A stretch of 64,000 nucleotides of DNA from Bigelowiella natans CCMP2755 (lineage: Eukaryota; Protista; Cercozoa). Both the position numbers and the translations under genes were made by a program. The stretch is from positions 176,149 through 240,148 of the forward strand of contig ADNK01002607.1 in the NCBI GenBank assembly GCA_000320545.1, in the 5' to 3' direction. Under the pieces are notes generated by a model. The model was not told the DNA's origin. It ran no database searches and saw only the letters and a program-made list of their open reading frames with translations. This document shows, piece after piece, positions 63,426 through 64,000 of the stretch (positions within the stretch are counted from its first letter, which is position 1; the number at the start of each line of letters is the position of its first letter).

Positions 63426-63928
63426 ACCGCCCTCATCCCTATGAAGACATGCCCCAGTGAAGAAGGTGGAATCAGTCCTGGTTATAACAAAGAAAGTAGC
63501 ATCTTTCAAACACAAACTTCGATGGGAATGCATGCTCATTTCTTCCGTGGTCTTTCTAATATAAATATAATGTATACTATTGTTTTCAAATGGTGTATTT
63601 TTTATATCTCCAACGTCATCATCATCATCATCATCACCAATAACAAAACATCAGCATCCACCCCTGGCGACGACCGTGGAAGAAACCATCACAACTCAAA
63701 GAGAGAAGGAAATTCTTCTACTGCTATAAAACGTGGACGGTCTCCTCCCCCGCCTCCTTCTCAAAGAAGGTAGTAGGATGTAGTCATGCAATATTAAGTA
63801 GTAGTAGTAGTAGTAGTAGCAGTAGTATAGGGCCTACACATAGCAAGAAAAGCAATCTTTTGAAAATAGTAATGACAAAAGTAGTTGATATCATCGGGGG
63901 TAAAACTACTACTACATATATATATATT

Positions 63929-64000
<72 letters not shown>
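55906..64000 (+). CDS. Second ubiquitin-specific protease (USP4/15/31-like clade), 3'-partial
   Basis: PGVVGLKNLGNTCFINSVIQ/CLNAT, FADGRQHDASEFLSFILD/AIHEDL, SVVVRSFHG, VTYEPFLQLSLPIP. The His box is not seen and probably lies beyond the window. Confidence 0.85.

Larger units (their letters stand above)
11900..64000. repeat. Very dense simple-sequence repeats: (ATC/GAT)n, (ACT/AGT)n, (AAG/CTT)n, (AGG)n, (AAC)n, (AGC)n, (AC)n, (AG)n, (AT)n, mostly intronic
   Basis: Directly visible, for example 13512-13560, 20264-20330, 23108-23149, 35428-35512, 38753-38810, 39361-39405 and the terminal (AT)n at about 63932-63999. Confidence 0.97.

Noticed and set aside
1-64000. CRISPR arrays, tRNA/rRNA genes, prokaryote-type defence systems, autonomous transposons
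   Set aside because: No repeat-spacer array, cloverleaf, rRNA signature, transposase or reverse transcriptase motif was recognised by eye; the DNA is spliceosomal-intron-rich eukaryotic sequence.
63932-64000. Terminal (AT)n as a telomere or special end structure
   Set aside because: Same class as other intronic (AT)n tracts in the window; not a telomeric repeat.

Overview
Gene-dense, intron-rich eukaryotic (protist) nuclear DNA. The short GT-AG introns, small exons and microsatellite-filled introns are reminiscent of a chlorarachniophyte such as Bigelowiella, but the organism cannot be confirmed from sequence alone. About 13 protein genes can be hand-spliced, in order: TLDc protein 3' end (+), dual-specificity phosphatase (-), PPPDE/DeSI peptidase (-), complex I 24 kDa subunit NDUFV2 (+), RPS8 (-), Sfi1-repeat protein (+), alpha/beta hydrolase with an unresolved 5' region (-), INO80B/Ies2 (+), XRCC3-like RAD51 paralog (-), UPF1-like SF1B helicase (+), coiled-coil protein (-), USP40/47-like deubiquitinase (+), QCR6 (-), and a second USP running off the end (+). 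Most entries in the supplied ORF track are microsatellite or antisense artefacts. No rRNA, tRNA, CRISPR array or intact transposon was recognised. Three structures are not explained by the genes. (1) Orientation alternates almost strictly, with short head-to-head spacers. (2) Every spacer at a gene 3' end between convergent genes is written in a distinct dialect that avoids identical adjacent bases and is rich in CTAG/AGCT/CATG/TGCA. (3) In long genes, complementary microsatellites repeatedly bracket individual exons, including catalytic ones, which suggests RNA-structure-driven exon looping. Exon boundaries are hand-derived and approximate.
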